A stretch of 64,000 nt of DNA, from positions 7,853-71,852 of the forward strand of contig RXIG01000024.1 of NCBI GenBank assembly GCA_004212155.1, written 5' to 3'. Position 1 is the stretch's first letter, and every line of letters starts with the position of its first letter. The notes beneath the pieces were generated by a model. It was not told where the DNA came from. It did no database searches and saw nothing but the letters and a program-made list of their open reading frames with translations. The DNA is from an archaeon. GTDB taxonomy: Archaea; Methanobacteriota_B; Thermococci; Methanofastidiosales; NM3. The position numbers and the translations under genes are program-made. Of this stretch, positions 54,634 through 63,816 are shown in pieces.

Positions 54634-55581
54634 ATGATGAGACGGGAAGACATCGTGTCACAGTGCGGCGACCTGCCCTACATGACACCTTTTGAAAAGA
54701 TATTTGCACTCATAGACGAAACTGGCAATGCCATCGAGCTCCACGAATACCATGCGCGAGGTATGTGCGACGGAGGGGCGGCATGGGACTGCTACCACTT
54801 TCCGCGCACTTCGCGCCTCATACGCGCCGGCATCAACCAGGGCGCGCACAACACGTTCATACTCTCAACAGGCGCGGAGAAGCTCGACCTCATACCAGGT
54901 ATTTGCGGCGCGGGCATCGAGCGAGCAGAGATCAGCAGCGACACCGTCTCCATCACCTATGCCGGACTCGCGGGCGCGGGGGTCTCGGTCACCATGGGGC
55001 GCGGCATGGCGTCAAACATCTCAGGTGTCGAGATCCACTCCATGGGGGGCGGCGCGAAACTGGGCCGCGCGACGATGCACCTGCCCGCCTACCGTAAGCT
55101 CGTCTTCGGCGTCGACGACACCGACGTTCCCGGAGAGGGCGCCACCTGGTCGATGATGAACGAGCTCGGTTACCTCGTCGAGCAAAAGGGCCTCGCGCAC
55201 TACCTCAATCACACGATCACGCAGCTCTACCCCCAGGCCCCGAAGAAGACGACCAACTGCGTCACCGTCGCCATCAATCTCGCCTGCCCGCTGGGCGAGG
55301 AGCGGCGGCTCAAGGACCTGCTGCTCAAGGAACTGGCCGAGCGCACCTACAGCGACGATACCTCCGCCGTCTTCTGGGAGAAGGTCGACATCCCGGAAGG
55401 ATTGAGGCGATACACGCAAAACGCGAAGAATCGCATCGTGGAGATTCCCGAGGCGGAGGACACCGCAAAGGAAAACGGCGTCGAGCTCGTCGAGGTGACC
55501 GGACCGATGGGAAAGATCGGCGCCGTGGCCTCGATCGGCCTCCACCGCGATAGGGAACGGGCTGTCATGCCGTATTATTGA
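54634..55581 (+). CDS. Uncharacterised conserved protein, paralogue A (possibly 'methanogenesis marker 11'-type; not verifiable here)
   Basis: 315 aa. HEYHARG.C.GGAAW..YHFPRTS, IPGICGAG and FGVDDTDVPGEGATW. About 78% identical to the 56463-57410 product. Confidence 0.55.
   Translation: MMRREDIVSQCGDLPYMTPFEKIFALIDETGNAIELHEYHARGMCDGGAAWDCYHFPRTSRLIRAGINQGAHNTFILSTGAEKLDLIPGICGAGIERAEISSDTVSITYAGLAGAGVSVTMGRGMASNISGVEIHSMGGGAKLGRATMHLPAYRKLVFGVDDTDVPGEGATWSMMNELGYLVEQKGLAHYLNHTITQLYPQAPKKTTNCVTVAINLACPLGEERRLKDLLLKELAERTYSDDTSAVFWEKVDIPEGLRRYTQNAKNRIVEIPEAEDTAKENGVELVEVTGPMGKIGAVASIGLHRDRERAVMPYY
55450..55550 (+). repeat. 101-nt tract identical to 57279-57379 (3' ends of paralogues)
   Basis: Direct comparison of both sequences. 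The rest of the genes carries many synonymous differences. Confidence 0.9.
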
Positions 55582-55725
55582 GTATCCTATGACATGAAAA
55601 TACCCTAATAGTATAATAAATTGAACATATGTATCTTGTAAGGATAAAAATATAATAGCATTGTACATTGAAAAAGAAAACCTTAAAAAAGTATGACCTT
55701 TCCCTAGAGTTTAGGAAGGTGTAGT

Positions 55726-56469
55726 ATGCTCGACCATATCAAGAGCAAGGTCTCCGAGGACATCACGGTGGGCATCGGTGCCTACACCGATGTGAACAAG
55801 ATCATGGACATCAGGGACGAGATCGACTTCTGTCCCGTGAAGGTCCTAAAGGACGAGGAGACAGCACTGCTCGCACTCAAGAAGGGGTATGTCGACTGCC
55901 TCGTGCGTGGAACACTGAGGTCATCCCATTTCATCCGTGCGCTCTTCAAGCAGTACGGGCTCGAAAAGACCTATCGTATCGCTTTGCTTGGCACCGTCGA
56001 CCATAAGTACTTCCTCTTCGCCCCCGTCGGCATTGACGAGGGTGAGAGCCTGAAGGAGAAGATCAAGCTTGCCAATTACGGCAAGGACTTCCTCTCCACC
56101 CTCGGCGTCGAACCGCACATCACGATCCTTTCGGGCGGCAGGCGCGACGACCTTGGACGATCCCGCTACGTGGACGTGACGATCATCGAGGCGCGCATGA
56201 TGGCAGAGGAGCTTGGCATCATGCACCACGAGATCATGATCGAGGACGCCATCAAGGACTCCAATTTCATCATCGCGCCTGACGGCATATCGGGCAATCT
56301 CATCTACCGAACGCTCGTGCATCTCGGCTGCGGCACGTCCCACGGTGCGCTCTACTATCCGCTCGCAGAACAGGGCACTGTCATCGTGGACACGTCCCGT
56401 GCGGCAGACCCTCCTGAGTACAAGACAGCGATCATGCTTGCCAACGCCTTCAAGGTGATGAAATGTTAA
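55726..56469 (+). CDS. mtxX: MtxX-like protein (PTA/PlsX-fold, 'methanogenesis marker 4' type)
   Basis: 247 aa. IIAPDGISGNLIYRTLVHLG motif and overall size typical of MtxX. Confidence 0.6.
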   Translation: MLDHIKSKVSEDITVGIGAYTDVNKIMDIRDEIDFCPVKVLKDEETALLALKKGYVDCLVRGTLRSSHFIRALFKQYGLEKTYRIALLGTVDHKYFLFAPVGIDEGESLKEKIKLANYGKDFLSTLGVEPHITILSGGRRDDLGRSRYVDVTIIEARMMAEELGIMHHEIMIEDAIKDSNFIIAPDGISGNLIYRTLVHLGCGTSHGALYYPLAEQGTVIVDTSRAADPPEYKTAIMLANAFKVMKC

Positions 56470-57410
56470 CAAGGGATGAAGTTATAGATAAGTACGGATC
56501 ACTTCCGTACATGAGCCCCTATGAGCGCATCTATGCGCTCATCGATGATGATAAAAATGATATAGAGCTTCATGAGTACCATGCCCGCGGCAAGTGCAAC
56601 GGCGGTGCTGCATGGGAGACCTACCACTTCCCGCGCACGTCGCGCATCGTCAACGGCGTGGCGCGCGAAGGGGCGCGCAACATCTTCACGCTCTCAACGG
56701 GCGAGGAGAAGCTCGACCTCATACCAGGCATCTGCGGCGCAGGCCTTGAGTCGGCCCGCATCAAGGGCGACAAGGTCGAGTTGACCTATGCGGGCCTCGC
56801 AGGCGGCGGCGTCGCAGTAACGGTATGCAGGGGCATGGCGTATAACATCGACGGCATCGAGATCCACTCCATGGGGGGCGGCGCGAAGCTCGGCCGAGCG
56901 ACGCTGCACCTTCCCGCGTACAAGAAGCTCGTTTTCGGCGTCGACGACACCGACATCCCGGGAGAGGGTGCGACCTGGTCGATCATGAACGAGATCGGGT
57001 ACAAGGCAGAACAGGACGGGATGGCCCACTATATCGACCACACGATAACACAGCTCTACCCGCACGCCCCGAAGAAGACGACCAACTGCGTCACCGTCGC
57101 CATCAACCTCGCCTGCCCGCTGGGACAGGAAAAGCAGCTCAAGCAATACCTGCTCGACAATCTGGCCGAGCGCACCTACAGCGACGACGCCTCTGCCGTC
57201 TTCTGGGAGAAGGTCAAGATCCCCGATGAACTGAGGCGCTACACGCAAAACGCGAAGAACCGCATCGTCGACCTTACCGAGGCGGAGGACACCGCAAAGG
57301 AAAACGGCGTCGAGCTCGTCGAGGTGACCGGACCGATGGGAAAGATCGGCGCCGTGGCCTCGATCGGCCTCCACCGCGACAGGGAACGGGCTGTCATGCC
57401 ATACTACTGA
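56463..57410 (+). CDS. Uncharacterised conserved protein, paralogue B
   Basis: Same motifs as paralogue A. Its ATG overlaps the mtxX-like stop (ATGTTAA). Confidence 0.55.
   Translation: MLTRDEVIDKYGSLPYMSPYERIYALIDDDKNDIELHEYHARGKCNGGAAWETYHFPRTSRIVNGVAREGARNIFTLSTGEEKLDLIPGICGAGLESARIKGDKVELTYAGLAGGGVAVTVCRGMAYNIDGIEIHSMGGGAKLGRATLHLPAYKKLVFGVDDTDIPGEGATWSIMNEIGYKAEQDGMAHYIDHTITQLYPHAPKKTTNCVTVAINLACPLGQEKQLKQYLLDNLAERTYSDDASAVFWEKVKIPDELRRYTQNAKNRIVDLTEAEDTAKENGVELVEVTGPMGKIGAVASIGLHRDRERAVMPYY
57279..57379 (+). repeat. 101-nt tract identical to 55450-55550
   Basis: See partner repeat. Confidence 0.9.
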
Positions 57411-57414
57411 TACG

Positions 57415-58491
57415 ATGACCTCGACAGCTCAGCTCAAGGCGCGCCTCCAGTGCCTCGGCGTCCGTCTGCCCGACGACGACCGCGGCCGCAGGGGTGGTGC
57501 CGGCCCTGCCGCCGGAAAAAGCCTCATCTTCGGGAAAACGGTGGCGAACGTCCCGACACAAAGCGTGTTCGTCAGTGAGTCGCCCTACCATATCGAGCGC
57601 GAGGGTGACGACTATGCGATCTGGGAGGATGAGCGCCGGATCGTCCATGTCACCTTCCCGCATACGCCCGCGTTCTACGCCAAGACCACATCCGACGGCA
57701 CGCCCATGCGCCAGGTGGCGCTCCTTCACGGCGCAAGCTGTCTTGCGTCCACCGTCTGCCAGACGTGCGTCTACTACGAAACGCCCCAGGCGTGCACGTT
57801 CTGCGGCATCGAGCTCTCGCTGCGCCTCGGCGACACGATAGCTGAAAAGACACCACAGCAGCTCGCGGAAGTGGCCCGTGCGGCCGTCGACGAGCATGCG
57901 GTCAATCATGTAACGCTCACGTCCGGCACACAGCGCGGACCCGACAAGGGACTTGCAAAGCTCAAGGCCGCCGCACGTGCGATAAAGGACGAGACCGGCC
58001 TACCGGTGCAGGTGCAGGTAGAGCCGCTCCATGATCTCTCACACTTCGATGACATGAAGGAGTGGGGTGTCGACTCCATCGGCATCCACATCGAGAGCCT
58101 GGATGACGAGGTGTTAAAGCGCCATGCTCCCGTCAAGGCACGGTATGGATTCTCCGCGTTCCTCAAGGCCTGGCGGCGTGCCAGGGAGGTGCTTGGCGAC
58201 AATCAGGTGGAAAGCTTCATCCTCGCAGGTCTGGGAGAGGACGTCGATGTGACAACGGCGCGCTTTAACGAGATGGTCGAGGCCGGAGCCTATCCGTTCG
58301 TGGTGGCGCTGCGCCCCATCCCGGGAACGAGGCTCGAGTCGTGGCGCCCGCCGCCGCCAGACCACCTCATAGAACTCTCGCAACGGGCGGCCCAGGCGGC
58401 GCGCGACGGCGCCTTGACCTGGAAAAACTGTTCGTCGGGATGCCTGCGTTGCCGTGCGTGCTCGTGCGTGCCAGACTTCGAGCGGGAATGA
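57415..58491 (+). CDS. Radical-SAM-like TIM-barrel Fe-S enzyme with non-canonical cysteine motif
   Basis: C-x5-C-x2-C-x8-C-x2-C (CLASTVCQTCVYYETPQACTFC) at residues 109-130. VTLTSGT and IGIHIESLD barrel strands. C-terminal CSSGCLRCRACSC. Lies 4 nt after paralogue B. Confidence 0.6.
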   Translation: MTSTAQLKARLQCLGVRLPDDDRGRRGGAGPAAGKSLIFGKTVANVPTQSVFVSESPYHIEREGDDYAIWEDERRIVHVTFPHTPAFYAKTTSDGTPMRQVALLHGASCLASTVCQTCVYYETPQACTFCGIELSLRLGDTIAEKTPQQLAEVARAAVDEHAVNHVTLTSGTQRGPDKGLAKLKAAARAIKDETGLPVQVQVEPLHDLSHFDDMKEWGVDSIGIHIESLDDEVLKRHAPVKARYGFSAFLKAWRRAREVLGDNQVESFILAGLGEDVDVTTARFNEMVEAGAYPFVVALRPIPGTRLESWRPPPPDHLIELSQRAAQAARDGALTWKNCSSGCLRCRACSCVPDFERE

Positions 58492-58492
58492 G

Positions 58493-59398
58493 CTACCTCA
58501 AGAGCTTTCGCGGGATGCCCGACTCGCACGGGACCCCCGCCTGGCACAGCCCGCACCCGTGGCCGTCAACGCCATACATCTTGCGAGACATATTATGTAG
58601 CCACTTATGGAACTCGCCGCACTTCTCCTTGTCGATGCCCTTATCGGATATGGCACCGGCGGGACAGCGCCTGATGCACGCCCCGCACTTGCCGTTGACG
58701 AGGTAGGGGCAGTAAGCCGTGTGCGTGTCATACGGCCGCTCTGTCGGAGGGATGCGCGCACGTATGATGATCGAGCCGCACCGATGCGCGATGCCCTTGG
58801 GGGTAATGAGGCCATGAGAGAGACCGAACGTTCCAAGGCCCGAGACGAAACAGGCGTGACGCTCCGACCATCGCGAGGAGGGGCCACGTGGCACGTAGTT
58901 GAATCGCTGCCACTGTTTGATGCGATGTGGTGCGAGCACCTCGTATCCCTCGTCGCGCAGCGTCTCGACGAGGTGTCGTGCCAGCCGCTCGTTTATCATC
59001 TCACCATAGTAGCGCGACAGCATCCACCGTCGCGAAGGGAATCCATGGCTGCGCCGGTGTTCGCGTTTCGTCTCCATGGTCTGGGGCAGCACCCAGCAGA
59101 CGACGGAGAGGTCGGATGCGGTGGCATCGGTGTCGGGATATGCGGTCTCGAACGCCTCGATGGGCAGCCAGTAGTAATCGCCGATATGCGCCTTGATCTC
59201 CTCGTGGAGCGGGTCGTCGCCTGTGGACACGCCGATAAGCGGCTCCCGCCACGCCGGCTCGTCGCAGGTGGGGCAGAGCTTGTTCTCATCGCTTGCGATG
59301 AAGTCCTTTGCAAGTGCGGTGATATGGGCGATCAATTCGGTATCGGTGGCCGTCATGCTACCTCGTAAGAATCCAGGTCCTATATATACGTTCGCCAC
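58493..59398 (-). CDS. QueG/reductive-dehalogenase-superfamily Fe-S protein (epoxyqueuosine-reductase-like)
   Basis: Two ferredoxin-type motifs (CGACIRRCP; CGLCQAGVPC) in the C-terminal third. Start uncertain (GTG 59398 or ATG 59356). Confidence 0.5.
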   Translation of the reverse strand: MANVYIGPGFLRGSMTATDTELIAHITALAKDFIASDENKLCPTCDEPAWREPLIGVSTGDDPLHEEIKAHIGDYYWLPIEAFETAYPDTDATASDLSVVCWVLPQTMETKREHRRSHGFPSRRWMLSRYYGEMINERLARHLVETLRDEGYEVLAPHRIKQWQRFNYVPRGPSSRWSERHACFVSGLGTFGLSHGLITPKGIAHRCGSIIIRARIPPTERPYDTHTAYCPYLVNGKCGACIRRCPAGAISDKGIDKEKCGEFHKWLHNMSRKMYGVDGHGCGLCQAGVPCESGIPRKLLR

Positions 59399-59532
59399 TA
59401 ATGACCCTTACACACAAAGGATGATACGGAAGACCTAACGACCGATAATGAAGAATTAATTGGATTTAAAAAAACTATTGTGTAGAAAAAATGAACATGA
59501 TACTAAAAATAATGTCTTGCTTCTTGCAGTAT

Positions 59533-59685
59533 TTAGATACAATCCAGATTGAGCCACGAATAAGGGGGCACCGTTTCGCCGTTGCAGTTGCCTGCGATGC
59601 TGCCGCAGAATGGCACGAACGCCACCATGAGGACAAGAAAAAGCATTACACGTCTCATGTTCACTATTGCACCCTCGTTGATCAT
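59533..59685 (-). CDS. 50-aa secreted peptide candidate
   Basis: MINEGAIVNMRRVMLFLVLMVAFVPFCGSIAGNCNGETVPPYSWLNLDCI. GGAGTGA SD upstream. Lies 5 nt downstream of the beta-propeller gene. Confidence 0.3.
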   Translation of the reverse strand: MINEGAIVNMRRVMLFLVLMVAFVPFCGSIAGNCNGETVPPYSWLNLDCI

Positions 59686-59690
59686 ATTTC

Positions 59691-60938
59691 TCACTCCGAG
59701 TATCTCCCATAACACCGCTGCAGCATCCTGTTCAAGGCATGCACACTACTACTATTGCCATGCTCCAATGCGTAGCACTTCAGGCTCGTTCCCGTCACGA
59801 ACACGAATCGGTTACCGATGGCAACGGGCCACTTGAGGCCCTGGTCCGCAGACATTTCCATCACGCGCTGTCCCGTGTGGATGTCCCATACCACGAGCTC
59901 GCGCTCAGGCGTCCCGGGGGGCGTGACGGAGTTCGGATCCTGCATTCCCGGATCTATCTTGTGTAGGTCAGGGATATAGGCAATGCCTGAAATGAGGACG
60001 TCGCCCGAGACTGCCAGCCCCGCACGGTACATCGCGTCATCGCTCCATACGGGGTCTCCTGACTCCATGTCGACACAAAGGACCGTATCGTCTATTGTGG
60101 AGACAAAGGCATACGGGTAGCTGACGAAGGCAGGGGTCCACGACCCCCCTTCCTCAATGAATTCGTATTCCCACCTCACGCCACCGGTGTCGGCGTCAAG
60201 GCAAGTAAGGCAGAATCCCCCCATTGCGTAGACTGAATCGTCGTGCACGAAGAGGTTTTCCATATCGCAGCGCGCGTCCCACTCATCTAGTATCGCGCCG
60301 GTTTCCGCGTCTACCACGGTCACGTTGTGAGAGTATGTGTCAACAAGCAGCTTGTTTTCGCTGCGAACGATGCACGAGTAGACCGCACCCTCTGGAAGGT
60401 CAACGCGCCATGCTATGTCGCCCGATTCGGCATGCATACATAGAAGGTATTTACCTGATGAGACATACAAATTTTTTCCATACGCACACACCGGCACAGA
60501 TTCGCGAGCATCTACAGACCTTTTCCACATGGTATCGCCGGTGGATCCGTCCCTTTGCTCAACACTACCATCAGCGTACACGAGATAGATCAAGTCTCCA
60601 TAGGTGACAGGGGCATATCTCACTTCGCCAGACAGCGGCTCATCCCACAACACGTTGCCCTCGCTGGAGATTAGCAAGATGCGCTTTTCTGTGGCGACAC
60701 AGATGGACTCACCTACGAGAATTGGTGGAAACGCGGGCTCGGCCCCGATATCGAGCCCCCACGCATCTTCAAGCTGGACGGTGTATGACGGCTCAGTAGG
60801 GGCGGGGGTCGTTGTGGGTGGCTCAGTAGTGGTCGGCGGAGCCGTTTCGTTACCACTTTCAGATATGCAGCCAGATGCCACACTAGAAACAAAAAGTAAA
60901 CAAATGCAGTACATGAGTGCGGTTTGGCGATTTGACAT
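59691..60938 (-). CDS. Secreted PQQ-like beta-propeller repeat protein (lipoprotein-type signal)
   Basis: Signal LLFVSSVASGC and a Thr/Pro linker. Repeated G.(V/I)YA...DG.(V/L).A(L/V)D..TG...W units. Confidence 0.65.
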   Translation of the reverse strand: MSNRQTALMYCICLLFVSSVASGCISESGNETAPPTTTEPPTTTPAPTEPSYTVQLEDAWGLDIGAEPAFPPILVGESICVATEKRILLISSEGNVLWDEPLSGEVRYAPVTYGDLIYLVYADGSVEQRDGSTGDTMWKRSVDARESVPVCAYGKNLYVSSGKYLLCMHAESGDIAWRVDLPEGAVYSCIVRSENKLLVDTYSHNVTVVDAETGAILDEWDARCDMENLFVHDDSVYAMGGFCLTCLDADTGGVRWEYEFIEEGGSWTPAFVSYPYAFVSTIDDTVLCVDMESGDPVWSDDAMYRAGLAVSGDVLISGIAYIPDLHKIDPGMQDPNSVTPPGTPERELVVWDIHTGQRVMEMSADQGLKWPVAIGNRFVFVTGTSLKCYALEHGNSSSVHALNRMLQRCYGRYSE

Positions 60939-61262
60939 GATGCTCACGGCTGCTCCCTCACGAAGTTTTGGCATCCTGTTGGGTCGCATGCGAATCGTTC
61001 CCCTGAGGTCATCCCTAAAAATAGTGCATATGCCATCAATACCAACACTGATATTAGAAGATGCATCCTATATAGTATCGTTAGAACGGTATCGTAATAT
61101 ATAAATATAAACATAACGCCTTATATTACACCTATTTTTAAATAATATATTAATATAAGTTTTTATATAATAATGAAGAATATGGGATTATTACAAATTA
61201 GTGTAAATGTTATTTCCGTAGGGATCCACTGATACTGACCATATGTGCAAAAACCCACTAGC

Positions 61263-62198
61263 TTACTTCATTATTTTGTCGTAGCGCAGCCAGTCAGGCT
61301 TGCGCGTGAAACCAAGCGACATGTTGAGCGAGAGGATCGACGTGTTGTTGACCTCGTTTGCCGTCTCAAGGCGCGAAAATCCACGCTCTTTGGCGCTCCA
61401 CATCGCATTGGTCTTGAGCGCCTTGGCGACGCCCATGCCACGATACTCCCTGCGCACCGCGGTAAGGCCTATCACCATGTAGGTGCCCCCGCCCACCTTT
61501 ATTAGGTTGGTCAGGCCCACGTACGAGTCGCCGTCGACTGCCACAAGGTAGCAGTCGTGGGGAAAGTAGGGATTCTCTATGACGATCTTTTTCCACTCCT
61601 CATACGTCGGTTCGCTCGTCACGCCCGGCACGTCACGACCCGCGGTCCTGTCCAGGTCATAGAGCTTCTCGTCGCGCTGCGGGTCGTTTGCAAGCTCTTC
61701 GAGCGATTTGATGCGTATGCCCCGTTCGTTGACCGTTCGTTCGTGTTCAAGGCGTACGGATTCGTCCCATTCATTGAGGTCGATGCAAGACTCTGCGATG
61801 CGCATAGTCTCTGTGAATCCGCGATGCTCGAGGAATCGCACGCTCTCCCCGAAGCTGCTCTTGAACCAGGCGCATAGCTTCGCGACGTCTTCGGCTGATG
61901 TCAGGATCGTGTCGTAAAGGAGAGTCCCTATGCCGCTGCGCTGGTGGTCGGGGTCGACATGTATTTCGAACATGTAGGTGAGGGGGTCGTAGTCCCAGAG
62001 GTCGTGCTCCCGCTGCGCGGATGCGACTACGTGCCCATCGGCCTCGACCACCCATCGTCGATGGTCGGCGCGCTCGCTGCGACGGCGATCCTCATCCTGT
62101 ACCTCTTTTAGCGTGCGCGGCATGTCAGGAAAGAGGACATTATGGATGCGCACGAGCTCAGGGTAGTCGCGTTGTTCGAAGGCACGTAGGGTATACAT
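61263..62198 (-). CDS. Two-domain GNAT acetyltransferase
   Basis: Two GNAT cores (DPDHQRSGIGTLL; RREYRGMGVAKAL). GGGAGGTGA SD before ATG 62198. Confidence 0.7.
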   Translation of the reverse strand: MYTLRAFEQRDYPELVRIHNVLFPDMPRTLKEVQDEDRRRSERADHRRWVVEADGHVVASAQREHDLWDYDPLTYMFEIHVDPDHQRSGIGTLLYDTILTSAEDVAKLCAWFKSSFGESVRFLEHRGFTETMRIAESCIDLNEWDESVRLEHERTVNERGIRIKSLEELANDPQRDEKLYDLDRTAGRDVPGVTSEPTYEEWKKIVIENPYFPHDCYLVAVDGDSYVGLTNLIKVGGGTYMVIGLTAVRREYRGMGVAKALKTNAMWSAKERGFSRLETANEVNNTSILSLNMSLGFTRKPDWLRYDKIMK

Positions 62199-62277
62199 GG
62201 TCTCACCTCCCATATGTGAGTAAGGGATTGAAGAACACACCGTAAGCTATTTAAAGGTATTTGCATCGCATGGCGCC

Positions 62278-62913
62278 ATGGCACTTCACATTGCTAACCA
62301 AAAAAAACACCTCCGCCTCGCGGGTATACTGCTCGTGCTCGTGGGCATCATAGCCTTCATGGGCATCATCACCGCCGAGGCAACGTATCCAGGCTACAGT
62401 ACGGCCGACAACATGATAAGCGACCTTGGCGGTACGGAGCCGCCTGATTCCATTGTGCTCGAGCCTGCCTCGACCATCTTCAACGCCACGATGGCCATCT
62501 GCGGGATCATGCTCATAGGGGGTGCGTATCTCATCCACCTGCTGTACCGTAGACCGATATTTTCCGTCTTTTTCATGCTCTTTGGCGCAGGCGTCCTGGG
62601 CGTCGGCGTCTTCCCGGGCGACACGGGCGACCCCCATGCGCTCGCAGCGATGACCACGTTCCTGTGCGGCAGCATCGCCGCCATAACGGCATACGCCATC
62701 GAGGAGGGGCCGCTTCGCTTGCTCTCGGTGGCGCTGGGGGCCGTATCGCTTGCCACGCTGCTGCTCTACATTTTCGTGGGAGAATCGTCCCATCCCCTCG
62801 CAACGCTTGGCGTCGGCGGCATCGAGCGGTGGGTGGCATATCCCCTCATCCTGTGGGTGCTCGCCCTGGGAGGCTACCTCCTGGGCAGGGAGAGCGCTGC
62901 CCACAAGGCTTGA
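62278..62913 (+). CDS. DUF998-family membrane protein
   Basis: Six TM. YPGYSTADNMISDLG motif near TM1. Confidence 0.65.
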   Translation: MALHIANQKKHLRLAGILLVLVGIIAFMGIITAEATYPGYSTADNMISDLGGTEPPDSIVLEPASTIFNATMAICGIMLIGGAYLIHLLYRRPIFSVFFMLFGAGVLGVGVFPGDTGDPHALAAMTTFLCGSIAAITAYAIEEGPLRLLSVALGAVSLATLLLYIFVGESSHPLATLGVGGIERWVAYPLILWVLALGGYLLGRESAAHKA

Positions 62914-62920
62914 GGCCATA

Positions 62921-63811
62921 TCACTGCTTTAAGAGCCTGGTGACGACGGCATCGTCGATGAGCTTTGCGCGCGGCAGGCGGCGCAGGAGCTCGCGCCATT
63001 GCGGTGCCCGCGAGAAAAGGTCGTCGAAGATGGTGCTGGCCTGGGCCTCCTCGCCAGCCTTGGCAAGCATGATCGCCTCCCAGAAGGCGAACTCGTCGTT
63101 GTCGGGGGCGATGTGGCGCGCCTGTTCGAACGCGTCCCTTGCCTCAGCGACATTTCCCATCTCGATCTCGAGGTCGCCATGCTCCGCATAGTGGTATGCG
63201 CGCTTCATCTCGAGAAGTCGCCCAAGCTCGCCGATCGGGTCGGGGCTGTCCTCGACACGGAGGTCGATGGGAACGTCGTGCCACGGCTTGCTCGATGGCT
63301 CGAGATGCGCGACAATGATCGCGGCCGACTGTTTGCCGCGGATGTCGCCCCCCTCCGCCTCGGCAGCCTCGAGTGCGGCGAGCAGGCGCCATTTGAGCGT
63401 ACCCTCCGCATCCTCGTACGCCTCGGCCATGGCGTCCCAGACGGTATCGCGCTCCATCATGTTTGCCTGGCATGAGTAAAGGTGGCCTATGCGGTGTCCC
63501 GCCTCGGGTATGCACTCCTTGCCGGTGTGGGTGTGCACGTTGCCCTCAACATCAAGGAACGAGACCTGGCGCACGGCGGGCGAGGTGTCGGCTGCAAGCA
63601 GCCCCTCGAGCGCATGGTTGGCATGAAGGCCTGCGCACATCGCGGCAAGGCCGCGTGGTCCGTAGGATGGCTCTACAAGGGCCTGTGTGGCGACGACGCC
63701 CGTTCCGGGCTCGACCCACGGCACGACCGTGCCCACCGAGAAGTAGTGCGACTGGACGGCAACGCCCATCACCCCTTCCTCCCGGTCCATGGCGACGATG
63801 GAATATGTCAT
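62921..63811 (-). CDS. DUF1028 (Ntn-hydrolase-like) protein with TPR-like C-terminus
   Basis: MTYSIVAMD..GVMGVAVQS...VPWVEPGTGVVATQA. Confidence 0.7.
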   Translation of the reverse strand: MTYSIVAMDREEGVMGVAVQSHYFSVGTVVPWVEPGTGVVATQALVEPSYGPRGLAAMCAGLHANHALEGLLAADTSPAVRQVSFLDVEGNVHTHTGKECIPEAGHRIGHLYSCQANMMERDTVWDAMAEAYEDAEGTLKWRLLAALEAAEAEGGDIRGKQSAAIIVAHLEPSSKPWHDVPIDLRVEDSPDPIGELGRLLEMKRAYHYAEHGDLEIEMGNVAEARDAFEQARHIAPDNDEFAFWEAIMLAKAGEEAQASTIFDDLFSRAPQWRELLRRLPRAKLIDDAVVTRLLKQ

Positions 63812-63816
63812 GGTAT

